A stretch of DNA of 64,000 nucleotides from an uncultured delta proteobacterium. GTDB taxonomy: Bacteria > Desulfobacterota > Binatia > Binatales > Binataceae. The position numbers were made by a program, and so were the translations under genes. The notes below the pieces were generated by a model. It searched no databases and was not told where the DNA came from. It worked only from the letters and a program-made list of their open reading frames with translations. The DNA is taken from positions 288,001-352,000 of the forward strand of contig CAWCDG010000003.1 of NCBI GenBank assembly GCA_963794325.1. Direction: 5' to 3'. Shown here piece by piece: positions 52,739-62,925 of the stretch (position 1 is the first letter of the stretch; every line of letters begins with the position of its first letter).

Positions 52739-53938
52739 TTGGCGAAGCGAAGCGCGAACGAAAATCAGGCGAACGAACAGGCGGCGGCGCTGGCCCGCGG
52801 CGCCACTGAAGTTATTTCTCCAGCGGAGCTTGCGGCCAAAATTTCGCTCGGCCGGCCGCTCAGGATCAAGCTCGGGATGGATCCGACCGCGCCCGACTTG
52901 CATCTTGGCCACAGCATTGTGCTCAAGAAGTTGCGCGACTTCCAGGATGCCGGTCACACGGTAATTTTCCTGGTCGGCGATTTCACCGCGATGATCGGCG
53001 ATCCCACCGGACGCAACGAGACCCGCAAGCCGCTGTCGCGCCAACAAATCGAGCGCAACGCGGAAACCTATCGCACGCAGGCTTTCAAGATCCTCGACCG
53101 CGAAAGCACCGAAGTGCGATTCAACAGCGAATGGATGAACGAGCTGGGCGTCGCCAGGCTGATCGAGATCGCGGCGAAGGTGAGCGTCGCCCGCTTACTC
53201 GAGCGTGACGACTTCGAAAAGCGCCTCGCCACCGAGGAGCCGCTGTTCCTTCACGAGCTACTGTATCCCGTGATCCAGGGCTACGATTCCGTCGCGCTTC
53301 AAGCGGATCTCGAGATCGGCGGCACCGATCAGAAGTTCAACATGCTGGTCGGCCGCGAGCTGCAACGACACTACGGACAGGCGCCGCAAGCCGTCATGAC
53401 GATGCCGCTGCTCGAGGGTCTCGACGGTGTGCGCAAAATGTCGAAGTCACTCGGCAACTACGTCGGCCTCACCGACCAGCCCGAGGACATGTACGGCAAG
53501 CTGATGTCGGTGCCCGACAAGCTGATGGTGCGTTACTACGAGCTGCTGACCAACGCGACGCCCGAAGAGATCGCGGCGGTGAAATCCGGCGGGATGCATC
53601 CGATGGAAGCGAAGAAGCGCCTAGCCCGCACCATCGTCACCGAATATCACGGTGAGCCGGCGGCAAATCGCGCCGAGGAATATTTCGAGAGCAAGCATCA
53701 GCGCCGTGAAGTTCCCGCCAGCGCGCACGTCTATCGAATCGCCGAGGATTTGTGGATTTGCGAGCTGATGAAGCAGCTACAGTTCACGCCCTCGACCAGC
53801 GAGGCGCGCCGCCTGGTGAGCCAGGGCGCGGTGCGGGTCGACGGCCACACAATTACCGATGTGAATTTTCGCTTCGTTCCGGGCGAACACAAGGTGCTCG
53901 AAGTTGGCAAGCGGCGAGTCGCGCGTATCGAGCCCTGA
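52739..53938 (+). CDS. tyrS: Tyrosine--tRNA ligase
   Basis: DPTAPDLHLGH, GGTDQ, KMSKS, C-terminal S4 domain. Confidence 0.97.
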   Translation: MAKRSANENQANEQAAALARGATEVISPAELAAKISLGRPLRIKLGMDPTAPDLHLGHSIVLKKLRDFQDAGHTVIFLVGDFTAMIGDPTGRNETRKPLSRQQIERNAETYRTQAFKILDRESTEVRFNSEWMNELGVARLIEIAAKVSVARLLERDDFEKRLATEEPLFLHELLYPVIQGYDSVALQADLEIGGTDQKFNMLVGRELQRHYGQAPQAVMTMPLLEGLDGVRKMSKSLGNYVGLTDQPEDMYGKLMSVPDKLMVRYYELLTNATPEEIAAVKSGGMHPMEAKKRLARTIVTEYHGEPAANRAEEYFESKHQRREVPASAHVYRIAEDLWICELMKQLQFTPSTSEARRLVSQGAVRVDGHTITDVNFRFVPGEHKVLEVGKRRVARIEP

Positions 53939-53946
53939 CGGGAGTT

Positions 53947-54210
53947 TCAGTCGCTCTTATTCTTCTCGGCCGCCGCGACCGCTTCGCGCAGCTTTTCCAT
54001 CGTGCGTCCAAGAGCCTTGGTGTAGCGCTGCTTGGTCCAGGTCTCCTTGGTCCGCATCTTGAGCCATCCGAGCTTCACCGCGTCCGGCTTGTTGCCCATC
54101 TCGCCGGTCGAAACCTCGATGATCGCGCGCTCTTCAGTGTTGAGCGAATCGAGCACTTCGCGCTTGAGGTTTTGCAGGAATCCGGACTTGAGGTCGATAT
54201 CGATCTTCAT
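53947..54210 (-). CDS. Small hypothetical protein, sigma-region-4-like
   Basis: Strong coding bias; VLDSLNTEERAII...TKQRY...MEKLRE pattern. Confidence 0.7.
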   Translation of the reverse strand: MKIDIDLKSGFLQNLKREVLDSLNTEERAIIEVSTGEMGNKPDAVKLGWLKMRTKETWTKQRYTKALGRTMEKLREAVAAAEKNKSD

Positions 54211-54277
54211 CGAAAATGTACTTCAATGATCTTAAACCATAGCATGCGCGTCCTCAACGACCCCGGGAGAAAAAACC

Positions 54278-55120
54278 ATGAAACACTTCACCGTCGATCA
54301 GCACCAACACGTCCAGGTCTGGACCATCCGCAATCCGCCCATGAACTATATGACGGCGCCGATGTCCCAGGAGTTGCTCGAGCTGGTGGGACGCGCCGAA
54401 AACGACGTCAACACTCGCGCGATCGTTCTCACCGGCGGCCTCGATGGCAAATTCATCACGCACTACAGCGTGGACGAGCTGGCCGCGATGGCCGACGATC
54501 CCGCGTCCTGCGCACAGAATTTTCCCACCGCGTCAGCGGGATTCCATCGCATGCTCGACAGGATCATGTTGATGCCCAAGGCGGTCATCGCGGCGATTAA
54601 CGGCGACTGCATGGGCGGCGGCTACGAAGTCGCGCTGTCGTGCGACTTTCGTCTCGCTGCCGACGGCCCTTATCAAATTGGCTTGCCCGAGGCCGTGCTT
54701 GGGATTTTGCCGGGAGGCGGCGGCACGCAACGACTGCCGCGGCTGATCGGCCGGGGCAGAGCGCTCGAGGTGCTGATGTTCGGCAATGTTTACAGTCCTC
54801 GCGATGCCGAGAAGATGGGAATGGTGAACCGCGTGCTCGCACCCGACCAGTTGATGCCCTTCGCGATGGAATGGGCGCGCACCCTGGCCAGCCGCCCGCC
54901 GCGAGCCGTCGCGGCGATCAAACGAGCCGTCTATCTGGGTGCGGACCGCGACCTCGAATCCGGACTCTACATCGAGCGGATGGAGATGACGCAGCTGATG
55001 TGTTCGCAGGACGCACGAACGCTCATGACCGCCTACAACAAGGCAGTCGCGCACGATCCAATGGTCGCGCGGAGCGAATTTCTCAAAGGTATCGGCGTCC
55101 CGGCGGCAAAGGGAAGTTGA
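54278..55120 (+). CDS. Enoyl-CoA hydratase/isomerase
   Basis: AAING.CMGGGYE, GLPEAVLGILPGGGGTQRL. Confidence 0.93.
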   Translation: MKHFTVDQHQHVQVWTIRNPPMNYMTAPMSQELLELVGRAENDVNTRAIVLTGGLDGKFITHYSVDELAAMADDPASCAQNFPTASAGFHRMLDRIMLMPKAVIAAINGDCMGGGYEVALSCDFRLAADGPYQIGLPEAVLGILPGGGGTQRLPRLIGRGRALEVLMFGNVYSPRDAEKMGMVNRVLAPDQLMPFAMEWARTLASRPPRAVAAIKRAVYLGADRDLESGLYIERMEMTQLMCSQDARTLMTAYNKAVAHDPMVARSEFLKGIGVPAAKGS

Positions 55121-55132
55121 AGCCGGGCCCGC

Positions 55133-55567
55133 CTATTCCTCGTCGACCGCCTGGCGAATCGAATTCAGGATGAACAGGAACTGATTCGGCGACGACACGC
55201 GGCCGAGCATGTTCACGGTCTTCAGGACCTTGAGCTCCCGTTCGGTCACCTTGTGCCGCGCCAGCGTCCCGCGATCCCCCGCAAACTTGCGCCACGCATC
55301 CTCACGCCGCTTGGCGGGCGAGGCCTCGCGCCGCTCGCCGATGATCCATTGCGCCTCTGGATGCGCCAGGAGGAACAGCCGCTTCTTGTCCAGCTCGAGG
55401 GTGTCGGCAATCCGCGACAGCAGCGACAGGGAAGGGCGTCGGCGTCCATTTTCGAGGTACGCGACGTGGCTGGCCTTCACGCCAAGTTTGCGCGCGAGCT
55501 CACGCTGAGTGTAGGCATAAGCGCCGCGCCGCTGTTTGAGAACCTGACCGAGAGTTTCTTTCTTCAT
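55133..55567 (-). CDS. XRE-family HTH regulator
   Basis: TQRELARKLGV...AYLENGRRRPS. Confidence 0.9.
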   Translation of the reverse strand: MKKETLGQVLKQRRGAYAYTQRELARKLGVKASHVAYLENGRRRPSLSLLSRIADTLELDKKRLFLLAHPEAQWIIGERREASPAKRREDAWRKFAGDRGTLARHKVTERELKVLKTVNMLGRVSSPNQFLFILNSIRQAVDEE

Positions 55568-56039
55568 AGTTTGGTTTCCGTGAATCCTTCCAATAGGGGT
55601 TTGGGTAAGATGACGTTACCGGCCAGACAATGAGGCTCTGGCCGATCGATAGTGATTGCCAAAATCGATTCCGCGCGACTCCCGCCGATCCCCTTTGTAG
55701 ATTTTACATTCTCCAGTTTATGTTTCGATCAATTTGGCTAACCTGATCACTCCGCTAAGTACCTCTGAGCGGGCGTTCAGGTTTCGGCGACAAGACCAAG
55801 AGTCGCACAAATATGAACATAAAGTCCACAGATACAACTCCCTGCGTTACAAGAGTCGGAAAAACTCCCGACAAGCTGTTCCTACGATAACAAAATGACT
55901 CTGCCATGCCCGCAATATGTTATCGAAAACGGGTAAATTCTACAGAGTGTGTAAGTTGTATGCCAACCGAAATCGCAAGAGGCTTCCTCACCCTGCGCGG
56001 CTCAGCCGATCGATTGCCGCCCCATCTCAAATTATCTGG

Positions 56040-56534
56040 CTAACCCGACGACGGATTGGGCAGCTCCGGCTTCTGGCATGTCCCGCCCGCCACGCAATTC
56101 AGACCGGCGCCAAAATAAACTGCGCCCGCCTTCACCGGATAGAATATGTAGTCGAGCGGAGTCTCGATCGGATCGAATCGCTGCGGCGGCCCGGACGCGA
56201 CAGCTTCGGCATGCGCCTGTTGCTCGACCTTCAGCTTGGTATTGGTCTCGACATCCTGCACGCTCGCGAGACGATTGTCGGATCCGAAAATCGCCGCCTT
56301 GCCCGGCTCGAGCCAGACGTATCGCAGTACGGTGGCCCCGTTATGATTGGGGTCCGCGATGTCGTCTTTCAGGTCGGGCTCGCCCATCGACTGCACCGTT
56401 TGTCCCGGCGTCATTCCGGGACTTAACGACCCGCTCTTGGTAGTCGAGCATCCGACCAACAACAGCGCGAGCAGTCCGCCGCCCGCGCCCGCGAGAAATG
56501 TCCGCAAGGTGATCATCGATACCTCAAGCTTCAT
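56040..56534 (-). CDS. Hypothetical lipoprotein
   Basis: Lipobox LLVGC; LSPGMT..Q....MGEP (BamE/OsmE-like start). Confidence 0.7.
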   Translation of the reverse strand: MKLEVSMITLRTFLAGAGGGLLALLLVGCSTTKSGSLSPGMTPGQTVQSMGEPDLKDDIADPNHNGATVLRYVWLEPGKAAIFGSDNRLASVQDVETNTKLKVEQQAHAEAVASGPPQRFDPIETPLDYIFYPVKAGAVYFGAGLNCVAGGTCQKPELPNPSSG

Positions 56535-56627
56535 GACGAGCTAACATACAGTAGAGGCCTTCGACAATCGACCATCCGGATGAGGAAGTTCACCTAATCG
56601 GCTGTTATATTCGTTCGAGCGCCGGAA

Positions 56628-56963
56628 ATGGATACCGACAACGATCTACTCTTCGTCTACGGCTCCCTGATGAATCCCGCGGAACGCGTGATCCTGCTGG
56701 GCCGCCCGATCGAGGCTAGCCCCGCACATCTTCCCGGATACGCGCGCGGCCGCAAGCGCTACTACTTCGTCGCCAAGCAAGTAGACGCCGTTACCGATGG
56801 CGCAATCCTCGAAGGCCTGACTGCCGACGATTTCGCAATTCTCGACGAATACGAAGAAGTGCCAACTCTCTACACCCGTGAACGAATTGAAGTCCTCTCC
56901 GCCGACGCCCGCAAAATCGAATGCTGGATTTACCTACCGACTAGTTGGGCGGCAGACCAGTAG
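56628..56963 (+). CDS. Gamma-glutamylcyclotransferase family protein
   Basis: LFVYGSLM, LDEYE...Y.R, CWIY. Confidence 0.88.
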   Translation: MDTDNDLLFVYGSLMNPAERVILLGRPIEASPAHLPGYARGRKRYYFVAKQVDAVTDGAILEGLTADDFAILDEYEEVPTLYTRERIEVLSADARKIECWIYLPTSWAADQ

Positions 56964-56988
56964 CAGGCTTTGTGGCCGGCCGCTGGCA

Positions 56989-57067
56989 TTGGTGGCACAG
57001 GCTTCAGCCTGTGATTCTTTCCTGACACATGGACCAGAAAATCACAGGCTAAAGCCTGTGCCACCAA
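56989..57067. repeat. REP doublet (REPIN-like), family B, copy 2
   Basis: TTGGTGGCACAGGCTTCAGCCTGTGATT ... AATCACAGGCTAAAGCCTGTGCCACCAA. Confidence 0.88.
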
Positions 57068-57148
57068 AATCAAACCCTTAGAGCAAAAGGGCGTCCTCGC
57101 CATTTTGCGATTAATACTGGGTGCAGGGGTCACCCCTGCCGCGGAAGC

Positions 57149-57171
57149 GTGAAACCCGCGCAGGGTTTCAC
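57149..57171. terminator. Hairpin downstream of the response regulator
   Basis: GTGAAACCC-GCGCA-GGGTTTCAC between convergent genes. Confidence 0.45.
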
Positions 57172-57193
57172 ATTAGATTAGTGAATTGTTTCC

Positions 57194-58615
57194 CTACCCC
57201 TTATTATCCGGCGGAATCGCCTTCGGCTGCTCCCCACGCTTCAACCCGAACTTGTCGATCCTGTATTGCAGCGTCCGATAGCTCATCGCGAGCATCTTCG
57301 CCGCCTTCGCAATTACCCAGTCGTTGCGCTCCAGCGCTTGCAGAATCGCGTCGCGCTCGAAGGTTTCGAAATTGAACCCCTCGCTCGGTATCTCGTATTT
57401 CTCGCCGCGCTGACGATCGCCGCTGCGCATCGGCGTTTTGCGCGACAGGACCTCCGCCGGCAGATCGCGCGGCAGCACCTTGTCCCCTTCGCAGAGCAGG
57501 ATCGCGCGCTCGATCGCCGACTCGAGCTGGCGCACGTTGCCCGGCCACGAGTAGTCGAGGATCACTTCCATCGCCTCGCGCCCGATCTCTTTCACGCGTC
57601 CTTCCGCCAGATGCCCGAATTTCGCGAGCGCGTGATTCGCGAGTAGCGGAATATCGCCGCGCCGTTCGCGCAGCGGCGGCAGGGTTACGGTCACGACGTT
57701 GATTCGATAATACAAATCTTCGCGGAAGCGCCCCTCGCCGACTTCTTCCACGATATTGCGATTGCTCGCCGCCACCAGCCGCACGTCGATACGAAACGAA
57801 TCGTTGCCCCCGACGCGTCGCAACTCCTTCTCCTGCAGCACGCGCAGAATCTTCGCCTGCATCCCCTGCGGCAGGTCCGCAATCTCGTCGAGGAACAGCG
57901 TCGACTTGTCCGCGCTCTCGAACAACCCGATCTTGCGCTCGGTGGCGCCGGTGAATGCGCCCCGCTCATGTCCGAACAGCTCGTTCTCGATCAGGTTCTC
58001 GGGAATCGCCGAGCAGTTAATCGCGACGAACTGGCGTGACGCCCGCGGCGACAATCGATGGATCGCTTTGGCCACGATTTCCTTGCCGGTGCCGCTCTCG
58101 CCCTGGATAAGCACCGTCGAATTGGACGGCGCGACGCGCCGCACCAGCCGGATCACTTCCTGGATTGCGGGATCCTGCCCGATGATCCCTTCTATCTCGA
58201 AGGTTCCCTCGAGCCGCCGCTTCAGCAGTTGATTCTCCTGCTGCAGATTCGCGAACTCCGCCGCCTTGGCGACCCGCGTCACCAGCTTCTCGCGATCGGT
58301 CGGTTTTTCCAGGTAATCGAACGCGCCGGCCTTCATCGCCTGCACCACGCTGTCCGTCGATCCATGCGCCGTCAGCACCACCACCTGGCTGCCGGGATAT
58401 GCGCCGCGCACTTTCGCCAGTAGCTCCTCGCCCGACATCCCCGGCATCATCAGGTCCGTCAGCACGACGTCGAAGCGCGACAGCGCCAGCAATTCGATTG
58501 CGCGCTTGCCGACTGCCGCCTCTTCGACCGCGAAGCCTTCTTCGCGCAACGTGTCGGCGGTTATGTGTCGTTCGAGGTCGTTATCTTCAACGACCAGTAC
58601 TGAGGCCTGCGTCAT
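57194..58615 (-). CDS. Sigma54-dependent NtrC-family response regulator
   Basis: Receiver (VVEDN, LTDLMMP), GESGTGKE, GAFTGA, FLDE, WPGNVRQL, Fis-type HTH. Confidence 0.96.
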   Translation of the reverse strand: MTQASVLVVEDNDLERHITADTLREEGFAVEEAAVGKRAIELLALSRFDVVLTDLMMPGMSGEELLAKVRGAYPGSQVVVLTAHGSTDSVVQAMKAGAFDYLEKPTDREKLVTRVAKAAEFANLQQENQLLKRRLEGTFEIEGIIGQDPAIQEVIRLVRRVAPSNSTVLIQGESGTGKEIVAKAIHRLSPRASRQFVAINCSAIPENLIENELFGHERGAFTGATERKIGLFESADKSTLFLDEIADLPQGMQAKILRVLQEKELRRVGGNDSFRIDVRLVAASNRNIVEEVGEGRFREDLYYRINVVTVTLPPLRERRGDIPLLANHALAKFGHLAEGRVKEIGREAMEVILDYSWPGNVRQLESAIERAILLCEGDKVLPRDLPAEVLSRKTPMRSGDRQRGEKYEIPSEGFNFETFERDAILQALERNDWVIAKAAKMLAMSYRTLQYRIDKFGLKRGEQPKAIPPDNKG

Positions 58616-60095
58616 GATGGTTGTGTCCGTCCATTACCGCGCTCGGCGGGAAGGTGAAAGTCAAAGTGGTCCCGTGTCCATCCCCGTTCGGTCCGATTTC
58701 TATTGTGCCTCCGTGCGCCTCCACGATCGCTTTCGACAAGAACAGCCCGAGGCCGATCCCGTCGCGTTTGGTGGTGAAGAATGGCTCGAACACATGATTG
58801 GCGACGCCCGCTTCGATTCCCGCGCCGGTGTCCGAAAAAGCAATCACCATCGAACCGTCGAGGCGGCTGAACGTGATCCGCATCGTACCGCCTTCGGGCA
58901 TTGCCTGTATTGCGTTGGCGACCACGTTGATAAAGCAGGTGCGCAGCTTCTCTGCGTCCACCTTGAGGATCGGCGTCTCGTTGCATTCCTCGACCAGCTC
59001 GATTCCCTGGCTCTTCATTTTCGATTCCGACAGCGCCACGACCTCATCCACCAGCTGGTGTACGTCGGTCGGCGTCGGAAATATTTCGATCGGCCTCCCA
59101 TAATGCAGGAAGCTCTGCACCAGGTCCGCCAGCCGCCGCATCTCATCCTTCATGATCGCGAGCTGATGCAAAAACGTTTCGCGATCGTTCGGCTGCTGCG
59201 GAGCGTAGCGCGTGCGGATCTGGTCGAGTGACAGGCTGATGAAGTTCAGCGGATTCTTGATCTCATGCGCCAGTCCGCCGGCCAATTGCCCCAGCGCCGT
59301 GAACCGCTCGAGCCGGTTCAGTTCCTGCTCGCGCTCGCGCGCGTGCCTGAGCTGCCCGACCATTTCGTTGAAGCTGCGGGTCAGCAGCCCGATCTCGTCG
59401 CGGCGATGCGCTTCCGGGACCGGCTCCAGTCCACGCGCCGCAAAATTTTGCGCCGCACTCGCGACCGCATGGATCGGCTTCACGTAGCGGTCCGCCAGGA
59501 TATACGCGAACACCAGCCCGATCGCAAAAATCGCAAACGCAAATAGCAGCTCACGCGTTCGGCTCTGCGCCAGGGGCTTCGCGAAGTCTCCGAAATTCGC
59601 CACCACCTGCACGTATCCGAGCAGATGGTCTTCGACTTCGACCGGGATCAGGTAAACCGTGGTCTCCGGCGCGAGTCCGATCTTGCCGGCCGGGATCGTC
59701 ACCAGTGAATCCGGATGCTTGAGTTGTTCGGGGGTTAGCCACTCCGCCTGCTTTGGCCGTAGCGCCGCGCCGATCAGTTGCGGATTCGAGCTGTTGAGGA
59801 TCAGATTCTCGCTCGACGCGATCGAGACTTCGAGGCCCTGGGTGTGCAGATTGTCGACATAGTGATGGAGCTGATCGCGATCGGTGTCGCGCACCGCGGT
59901 CAATTCCTGCACGCCGATCTGAATCACGCGCGCCAGGTCCTTGACCCGCTCCTGCGTGGTCGCGACGATTTCCGCCTGCGTCCCAAGGCTGACCCAAACC
60001 TCCGCGCCCAAGGTCAGCGTAAGCAGGCCGACCACCAGAACGATCAGCTTCGCCTTGAGGTTAAGCGCGGGAAAGTAGGTTTCCATTTTCGCCAT
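58587..60095 (-). CDS. HAMP sensor histidine kinase
   Basis: Two TMs, RDEIGLL..SFN.M, AHEIKNPL, NAIQAM, FEPFFTTK, GLGL. Confidence 0.95.
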   Translation of the reverse strand: MAKMETYFPALNLKAKLIVLVVGLLTLTLGAEVWVSLGTQAEIVATTQERVKDLARVIQIGVQELTAVRDTDRDQLHHYVDNLHTQGLEVSIASSENLILNSSNPQLIGAALRPKQAEWLTPEQLKHPDSLVTIPAGKIGLAPETTVYLIPVEVEDHLLGYVQVVANFGDFAKPLAQSRTRELLFAFAIFAIGLVFAYILADRYVKPIHAVASAAQNFAARGLEPVPEAHRRDEIGLLTRSFNEMVGQLRHAREREQELNRLERFTALGQLAGGLAHEIKNPLNFISLSLDQIRTRYAPQQPNDRETFLHQLAIMKDEMRRLADLVQSFLHYGRPIEIFPTPTDVHQLVDEVVALSESKMKSQGIELVEECNETPILKVDAEKLRTCFINVVANAIQAMPEGGTMRITFSRLDGSMVIAFSDTGAGIEAGVANHVFEPFFTTKRDGIGLGLFLSKAIVEAHGGTIEIGPNGDGHGTTLTFTFPPSAVMDGHNHHDAGLSTGR

Positions 60096-60120
60096 CGGCG
60101 CGCCGGCCGCCGCGCATAGT

Positions 60121-60753
60121 TTATTCCGGCAATCCGCTCTTTTCAGCCGGAGCCGGCTCGCTGGTCTTACGTATTACCATCAACCGGGTTCCGTATATCG
60201 CAACGCTCAACACCGCGACGACCACTAATAGCCGCTCGAAGCCACCGATGTATCTGACCACCCACTCGAGCTGATGCCCGAACACATAGCCCAGCGTCAC
60301 GACGATCGGCACTGAGATCAACGCTCCCAGCAAATCGTAAAACAGGAACACCGCCGGCTTGACCCCGAAAGATCCGGCCGACAAATAAACCAGCGCGCGC
60401 AGACCGGCCAGGAATCGCGCGTAGAAGATCGCGCGATGCCCATGGCGCTGCATGAATGCCTCGATCCGCTCAATCTGATGCTTGCGGCCCGGCCGGCCGA
60501 GAGAAAAGTAGCGCACCAGTCCCGATCCAAAGTGCCGCCCCAGGAAAAACAGCGAGTTGTCGCCCGCCACCACGCCCAGCAGCGACACTGCCAGCGTGAT
60601 CGGATAGCGCGTGATCCCGCGATGTACCAGGTAGCCGCCCGCCAGCAGCGCAACGTCTTCGGGTATCGGCAATCCAAGTCCGCACAGCATCAGAACTACG
60701 AACAATCCGAGGTAGGTGAAGTGTTCGATGTACGCGGAGATCAGTCCGACCAA
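60121..60753 (-). CDS. DedA family membrane protein
   Basis: GLPIPED, GDNSLFFLGR, ARFLAGLR. Confidence 0.93.
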   Translation of the reverse strand: MVGLISAYIEHFTYLGLFVVLMLCGLGLPIPEDVALLAGGYLVHRGITRYPITLAVSLLGVVAGDNSLFFLGRHFGSGLVRYFSLGRPGRKHQIERIEAFMQRHGHRAIFYARFLAGLRALVYLSAGSFGVKPAVFLFYDLLGALISVPIVVTLGYVFGHQLEWVVRYIGGFERLLVVVAVLSVAIYGTRLMVIRKTSEPAPAEKSGLPE

Positions 60754-60755
60754 GC

Positions 60756-61178
60756 TCAGCTCCCGTGCGCGTAGCGCGCGCGCAGTGCGTCGCGGATTTG
60801 TTCGACCGGCATGCCCCGGCTCGCCATCGCCTCGGCATCGCGAGCCTCACCGCAGCAAATCGCGCAGGTGCTCCCGTGAGTATCGCGAAAGCAATCGAGC
60901 AGGTTCTTGTGACCGTCCGTCACGTCGCATCCGCAGTAGCAATGCAACTGCGCCAGCAGCGCGGGATCTTTCTCCGCTACTTCGTAGGCCTCGCGCACCG
61001 TGCCCTGGAAATTCTGCGGGTCGAGCGTGATGCGCAAGTGCGCCCCCGGATCGCCGGCCGCCGCCAATTGCCCATCCGATGGATGCGAAGTGCTCGATGT
61101 GTAACTCGCATATGCGATCGCCACCACCAGCAATGCGGCGGCGGTAAGTGCGACAATTCCCTTGATACCCTTGAACAT
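60756..61178 (-). CDS. PCYCGC-motif exported protein
   Basis: LHCYCGC, GHKNLLDCF, HGSTCAIC. Confidence 0.85.
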   Translation of the reverse strand: MFKGIKGIVALTAAALLVVAIAYASYTSSTSHPSDGQLAAAGDPGAHLRITLDPQNFQGTVREAYEVAEKDPALLAQLHCYCGCDVTDGHKNLLDCFRDTHGSTCAICCGEARDAEAMASRGMPVEQIRDALRARYAHGS

Positions 61179-61199
61179 GAGTCTCCCCGTGCCCCAAAA

Positions 61200-61871
61200 T
61201 TATAGCATCTCGATGAACCTTAGGCTTTGATTCGCGAAACTATATAGAGCGGCTGGCCGATGAGGCCCGCGGCGCGTATGCGGCAGCCGTTTCAGCATCG
61301 CCATCGCCAGAATACTGCGCCGAAAATTTCGCCGATCGAGCGGCCGCCCCAGGATCAGCGAGTACAGCTCCTCGAACTCGGCAAACGTGAATTCGCGCGG
61401 CAACAACGCATACGCGATATTGGTGTATTCCAGTTTCGACTTCAGCCGCTTCACCGCATACGCCGCCATCTGCGAATGGTCGTAGGCCAGCTGCGGCAAG
61501 CGCGTGACTTCGTACCAGCCGCCATTCGCATACTTGTCGCATGGCGCACTGACCGCGCCGGCCTCCGGAATCAGCGCCATGTAGGCGACCGACACCACGT
61601 GCGCTCGAGGATCGCGCGACGGATCTCCAAACGTGAACAGCTGCTCGAGATAAGCCCCGCGCAGTCCCGTCGATTCGTGCAGCTCGCGTCTCGCCGCATC
61701 GTCCAACAGCTCGCCCACTCGCACCAAACCGCCCGGAAATGCCCACTTCCCGCGCGCCGGCCCGCGTCGCAGCTCGACCAGGTAGGTCTGCAATCGCCCG
61801 TCGTTGATCGCGAACAGCACCGTATCGACCGCGACCATCGGCCGCGCCGGCTTTTCCCCGCCCTCGACCAC
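61200..61871 (-). CDS. nrtR: Nudix-related transcriptional regulator NrtR
   Basis: VAVD, WAFPGG, EQLFTFGDPSRDPR, AYDH, wHTH DRRNFRR...RPAALY; start GTG 61871 or ATG 61838. Confidence 0.9.
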   Translation of the reverse strand: MVEGGEKPARPMVAVDTVLFAINDGRLQTYLVELRRGPARGKWAFPGGLVRVGELLDDAARRELHESTGLRGAYLEQLFTFGDPSRDPRAHVVSVAYMALIPEAGAVSAPCDKYANGGWYEVTRLPQLAYDHSQMAAYAVKRLKSKLEYTNIAYALLPREFTFAEFEELYSLILGRPLDRRNFRRSILAMAMLKRLPHTRRGPHRPAALYSFANQSLRFIEML

Positions 61872-61888
61872 GCTCTGTGAGTTCGCGC

Positions 61889-62899
61889 TCAGACGCTGAG
61901 CTCGAGCATCCGCTCCAGTGCGCGCTTCGCTCCCTCGCGCACCTCCTCGGTCAGCTCGATTTCGTAGCGCAGGTGGCGAAGCGAATCGAGCGTGCCCTCG
62001 AGCGTGATCATCTTCATGAACCGGCATAACTTGCACGCCTTGTAAAAATGCTTGTCGGGAATTTCCATCAGAAGACGGTCGGACAGCCCGCATTCGGTGA
62101 CAACCAGGAATTTATCCGCGTCGCTGCTCTTGGCATACGCGACCATCGCGCTCGTTGACAGCACCGCGTCCGCCAATGCCAACACGTCGCGGCGACACTC
62201 CGGATGCGCAATCACCTTGATTCCGGGAATCGCGCGCTTGACCTTGTTCACCTCGTCGGGGGTTATCTGATGGTGCACGTAGCAGTTGCCGTCCCACGAA
62301 ATCACCCGCTTCTTGGTCTGCCCTTGCACGTAGTTCGCAAGATTCTGATCCGGCACGAACAGAATATTGTCGGAGTCGATCCGCTCGACGATCTTCGCCG
62401 CATTCGCCGACGTGCAGCACGCATCCGACAGGGCCTTCACGTCCGCCGTGCAATTCACGTACGATACCACCTTCAGGTCGGGATAAATCTTCAGCAACTC
62501 TTCCTTGCGATCCGCGAGCGCCTCCGCGGTAACACTGTCGGCCAGCGAGCATCCCGCCTTGAGATCGGGCAGCAACACCTTGCGGCCGGGATTGAACACC
62601 TTCGCCGTCTCCGCCATGAAATGCACGCCGCAAAATACAATCACGTCGGCGTCGCGCACGTCGCGCGCATTGCGCGCCAGTTCCAGCGAATCGCCGATAA
62701 AGTCCGCGACCTCGAAAATCTCCGGCCGCTGATAGTTATGCGCGAGAATCACCGCCCGCCGCTCCTTCTTCAGCCCCCGGATCTCCGCAATCATCTCCGC
62801 ATAACGGCGGTACGTCTCATCCGTGTAACTATCGTTCCCGAGCACCGCGAACTTCTCACGCAGCGCCCCGGCATCAATCGCATTCTGTGCAGCTTCCAT
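61889..62899 (-). CDS. nadA: Quinolinate synthase
   Basis: ILAHNYQ, GDSL, FCGVHFMAET, AGCSLA, CYVH, AHPEC, C.FMK. Confidence 0.96.
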   Translation of the reverse strand: MEAAQNAIDAGALREKFAVLGNDSYTDETYRRYAEMIAEIRGLKKERRAVILAHNYQRPEIFEVADFIGDSLELARNARDVRDADVIVFCGVHFMAETAKVFNPGRKVLLPDLKAGCSLADSVTAEALADRKEELLKIYPDLKVVSYVNCTADVKALSDACCTSANAAKIVERIDSDNILFVPDQNLANYVQGQTKKRVISWDGNCYVHHQITPDEVNKVKRAIPGIKVIAHPECRRDVLALADAVLSTSAMVAYAKSSDADKFLVVTECGLSDRLLMEIPDKHFYKACKLCRFMKMITLEGTLDSLRHLRYEIELTEEVREGAKRALERMLELSV

Positions 62900-62925
62900 A
62901 ACGATCAATCCTCGTGACCCAATAC

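Noticed and set aside
57123-57139. Palindrome GCAGGGGT-C-ACCCCTGC as a third repeat family or operator
   Set aside because: Single copy in the window and located between convergent gene ends
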